Of a stretch of 64,000 bases of DNA, positions 60,873 to 64,000 are shown piece by piece. The position numbers and the translations under genes are program-made. The stretch is from an uncultured Alphaproteobacteria bacterium (GTDB lineage Bacteria > Pseudomonadota > Alphaproteobacteria > RF32 > CAG-239), in the NCBI GenBank assembly GCA_944391445.1, contig CALXTL010000005.1, positions 16,768 to 80,767 on the forward strand, given 5' to 3'. A model generated the notes under the pieces. It did no database searches and was not told where the DNA came from. It was given only the letters and a program-made list of their open reading frames with translations. Every line of letters begins with the position of its first letter. Positions within the stretch are counted from its first letter, which is position 1.

Positions 60873-63011
60873 TCAGCCGGCACGTGAGACATAAGAAACG
60901 ACTTTTGATCCCCGCAATGCCGAAATAATATCGGTCAGATGCTTCAAATCTTTGACTTCAATATCAACCAACAGTTCAAAATAACTGACGGTGCGATTAA
61001 CGATATTCAAATTGCAGATATTTCCGTTATTGCGCGCGATCAAATTAGATAAATCTCCTAAAGACCCCGGCTCGTTGGCAAGCATCAATTTCAAGCGGCC
61101 TATATGCGGCGTATCATCAACGGCATCACCCCAGGAAATATCCAGCCAGCGTTCCGGTTCATCGGCAAACTTTTCCAAAAGTTTACAATCAATCGTATGA
61201 ATGGCCACCCCTTTCCCTGTTGTCACAATGCCGACAATCCGATCTCCCGGCAACGGATGACAACACCCGGCATAATGCACCGCCATACCAGGAATCAATC
61301 CCTTGATTTTAAGCGGCTCTGCCTTGGATTTATCCTTGCGTGGCGTTTTGCTGAATGTCAGCGACTGGACAACCTTTCCAAGTTTGGACTGTTTATAAGC
61401 CGGATAAACGGCCTTCATCACATCCCAGGCTGTCACCAACCCTTCGCCGACTTTAGCATAAATATCATCTATTGATTCGGCTTCAAAATTGGGTAAAACA
61501 TTAACCAGTCCCTTTTCGCTGAACTCCAGATTTTCATTTTTGAAAGTTCTTTCCAACAGCTGCTGCCCCAACGTAATAAACTGATCGCGTTTATGCGCGC
61601 GCACATAGCGGCGAATAGCGGCTTTAGCTTTTCCCGTCACCACGAACCGATCCCATTCGGTTGAAGGATGCTGAGCTTTTGATGTCAGAATTTCCACTTG
61701 ATCGCCGTTCTGCAAAACGGTGCGCAGTGGCCGGATTTCGCCGTTGATTTTTGCACCGACACAGGTATCGCCGACAGAAGAATGCACCGCATAAGCAAAA
61801 TCAACCGGCGTAGAATTAACCGGCAACCCGATCAGATCGCCTTTCGGCGTAAAACAAAACACCTGATCATTATACATCTCAAGCTTGGTATTTTCCAAGA
61901 ACTCTTCCGGGTTGGATGCCTGTTCCAAAATCTCAAGCAGCTCTCTGATCCAACGGAAGTTTTTGCCGACAACTTTTTCACCTTGTTTATAAGCCCAGTG
62001 CGCGGCCACGCCTTTTTCATTGACCTCGTGCATTTCATGCGTACGGATCTGAATTTCAATACGCGTATTTTCCGGCCCGATAACACCGGTGTGAATGGAT
62101 TTATAACCATTTGGTTTCGGCGTGGAAATATAGTCCTTAAAACGGCGGGGCACCATATGATACTTGCTGTGCACCACCCCCAAAGCCTGATAACAAGAAG
62201 CCACGTCGTCAACAATAATTCTGAACGCCATAATATCTGAAAGCTGCTCAAAAGAAGCATTTTTCTGCTGCATTTTACGCCAGATGGAATACGGTGATTT
62301 TTCCCTGCCTGAAACACTGGCCTTAATGCCGTTTTCTTTCATGTCTTTTTCCAACTGGGCAATAATTTTCGGCACCAAATCGCTGTCTTGCTCGCGCAAA
62401 AAGTTCAATCGTGCCTGAATAGACTCATAAGCCTCTTTATGCAATTCGGCAAAAGCAATACCCTCCAGCTCGGTTTTAACCTCCTGCATACCAATACGTT
62501 CAGCCAAAGGCGCATAAATATCCAAAGTCTCCCGGGCAATTCTGGCTCTTTTTTCTGGCGGGCAAAAATGCAGCGTACGCATATTATGCAGTCGATCGGC
62601 AAGTTTAATCAGCAGCACGCGAATATCTTCCGACATAGCCAGCAACAATTTACGGAAGTTTTCCGCTTGTTTGTTATTGGAAGATTTTTGCTCAATCATT
62701 GCCAGCTTGGTCAGTCCGTCGACAATCTGTGCCACCTGGTCGCCAAACAATTTCCTGATTTCATCAATGGTTGTATCGGTATCTTCCACCGTATCATGCA
62801 GCAAACCGGCAATAATTGACGTGGAATCAAGCTTAAACTTGGTCAGAATGCCGGCAACTTCCACCGGATGCGAATAATACGGATCACCGGACGTACGCAG
62901 CTGGGCGCCGTGCTTTTTCATGGCAAACACATAAGCACGGTTCAAAGCGTCTTCATCAGCGTCCGGATCATAGGACTTGACCAAATCAACCAATTCATAT
63001 TGTCTTAGCAT
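60873..63011 (-). CDS. spoT: Bifunctional (p)ppGpp synthetase/hydrolase, long RSH (SpoT/Rel)
   Basis: N-terminal HD hydrolase (HPVEVAGIL...HDTVEDT), synthetase domain (GREKSPYSIWRKMQ...AFRIIV...GYKSIHTGVIGP...IEIQIRTHEMHEVNEKGVAAHWAYKQGE) and C-terminal TGS/ACT regions; 712 aa. Confidence 0.95.
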   Translation of the reverse strand: MLRQYELVDLVKSYDPDADEDALNRAYVFAMKKHGAQLRTSGDPYYSHPVEVAGILTKFKLDSTSIIAGLLHDTVEDTDTTIDEIRKLFGDQVAQIVDGLTKLAMIEQKSSNNKQAENFRKLLLAMSEDIRVLLIKLADRLHNMRTLHFCPPEKRARIARETLDIYAPLAERIGMQEVKTELEGIAFAELHKEAYESIQARLNFLREQDSDLVPKIIAQLEKDMKENGIKASVSGREKSPYSIWRKMQQKNASFEQLSDIMAFRIIVDDVASCYQALGVVHSKYHMVPRRFKDYISTPKPNGYKSIHTGVIGPENTRIEIQIRTHEMHEVNEKGVAAHWAYKQGEKVVGKNFRWIRELLEILEQASNPEEFLENTKLEMYNDQVFCFTPKGDLIGLPVNSTPVDFAYAVHSSVGDTCVGAKINGEIRPLRTVLQNGDQVEILTSKAQHPSTEWDRFVVTGKAKAAIRRYVRAHKRDQFITLGQQLLERTFKNENLEFSEKGLVNVLPNFEAESIDDIYAKVGEGLVTAWDVMKAVYPAYKQSKLGKVVQSLTFSKTPRKDKSKAEPLKIKGLIPGMAVHYAGCCHPLPGDRIVGIVTTGKGVAIHTIDCKLLEKFADEPERWLDISWGDAVDDTPHIGRLKLMLANEPGSLGDLSNLIARNNGNICNLNIVNRTVSYFELLVDIEVKDLKHLTDIISALRGSKVVSYVSRAG

Positions 63012-63134
63012 AAAACCTCTGCAGCTAAATCATAAAAAAAGAGTTCCGATTGTTTCAGACTAACATGCTATTCTTAAATAAGTCTAAACTTTCGAAACTC
63101 TAAATGCAACTAATTTGCATCTTTCGGGCAGATT

Positions 63135-63608
63135 TTACTCTTCTATATCTTCACCGCCGTCAAAACCCTCGTCTCCGGCATCCATTCCTTCATCAAGATC
63201 CGCATCAAGATCGACATCGGCTTCACCGTCCAAATCCAAAGCATCATCGTCCCCGCCGTGAATTTGCATATTATCGTCAATCTCGGCATCCGGCAACAAA
63301 CCGGTAAACTGCTCATCCAAATCAGCCAGTTCTTTCTCTGCAGCCATAATTTCAAGCTCTTCTTCTTCGGGTTCTTCAACTTCAACAAACTTCTGCAATC
63401 CCATAACCAAAGATTTTTGCAGCTCCTCAATACTAACAGTTTCTTCGGCAATCTCGCGCAAAGCAACAACCGAATTTTTATCATTGTCACGAGCAACCGT
63501 CAACGGTGCACCGGCGGCAATGTCTTTTGCTCTTTGTGCGGCAACCATCAGTAATTCATAACGATTGGGAATTTTATCAATACAGTCTTCTACGGTAACG
63601 CGAGCCAT
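63135..63608 (-). CDS. rpoZ: DNA-directed RNA polymerase subunit omega with an acidic C-terminal extension
   Basis: [33 protein letters not shown], the omega core, followed by a ~70-aa D/E-rich tail; GGTGGA ribosome-binding site; immediately upstream of spoT. Confidence 0.9.
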   Translation of the reverse strand: MARVTVEDCIDKIPNRYELLMVAAQRAKDIAAGAPLTVARDNDKNSVVALREIAEETVSIEELQKSLVMGLQKFVEVEEPEEEELEIMAAEKELADLDEQFTGLLPDAEIDDNMQIHGGDDDALDLDGEADVDLDADLDEGMDAGDEGFDGGEDIEE

Positions 63609-63709
63609 TTTTCCACCTATTAAAAAAAGTTAAATCAACATTCTGAGCATGTATACAATACATCTGTCAAAAAAAGCAAGAAAAAAATTAAAATTTCGTT
63701 GTTTTTCAA

Positions 63710-64000
63710 CTAATTGCTCCGCATAAACGGAGTCTCTGCAAATTCAAAATTATATTTACGCCATTTATCTTCCAGCAGACTCCGATTCTTGCGCACTTCG
63801 TGCAGATCAATCAAAGGCACCCGATACATCTCTGTCAAGGCCTGCATGGTTGAATAGCGAATACCGCGATGCCGCGGGCTCAATTTGTCGATTTCATCGT
63901 CATAAGTGCCGTTCTGATAACTTTTCAAAGCTTGCAGCATGTGGCGTGACATCAGTGATGTCCGGTAAGCCTTAATGACCTTATCGCAGGTATAGGCCCA
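63710..64000 (-). CDS. Hypothetical protein, C-terminal fragment; the gene continues past the right edge of the window
   Basis: The minus-strand reading frame stays open from 64000 down to the stop at 63710 (...AYTCDKVIKAYRTSLMSRHMLQALKSYQNGTYDDEIDKLSPRHRGIRYSTMQALTEMYRVPLIDLHEVRKNRSLLEDKWRKYNFEFAETPFMRSN). No family assigned. Confidence 0.45.
   Translation of the reverse strand, partial: WAYTCDKVIKAYRTSLMSRHMLQALKSYQNGTYDDEIDKLSPRHRGIRYSTMQALTEMYRVPLIDLHEVRKNRSLLEDKWRKYNFEFAETPFMRSN

Overview
Alphaproteobacterium-like chromosomal segment, roughly 45-48% GC by eye, densely coding and mostly housekeeping. From left to right: a MacAB/HlyD-type tripartite efflux system; two hypothetical proteins, one resembling a RelA/SpoT-type nucleotidyltransferase; the F1 ATP synthase operon atpH-A-G-D-C; priA, xerC, rpmG (missed by the ORF track), ctpA, rnr, xthA, dgt, a SPOR-domain protein, an M50 protease and nagZ; a large autotransporter; a MoxR/DUF58/TPR operon; uvrD; a tRNA-Met(CAU) next to a DUF5131 phage-type gene and a tandem-ArsR regulator; motAB, terC and nagAB; a tandemly duplicated FlaF-like protein upstream of the basal-body cluster flgH-flgA-flgG-flgF; pheST, rplT-rpmI and lolDE; two adjacent genes for cysteine-rich secreted proteins separated by a ~57-bp tandem repeat; ackA-pta, ndk and an AI-2E transporter; and the era-rnc-lepB-acpS cluster, spoT and rpoZ. 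No CRISPR arrays, rRNA genes or IS elements were seen. The candidates for novelty are the Cys-rich secreted pair with its repeat region (50.5-53 kb), the divergent RelA/SpoT-like protein with its partner (2.2-4.6 kb), the tRNA-adjacent accessory cluster (31-33.8 kb) and the duplicated FlaF-like regulator (40.0-40.7 kb). The ORF track appears to assign M to non-ATG first codons, so several starts were re-derived by hand.
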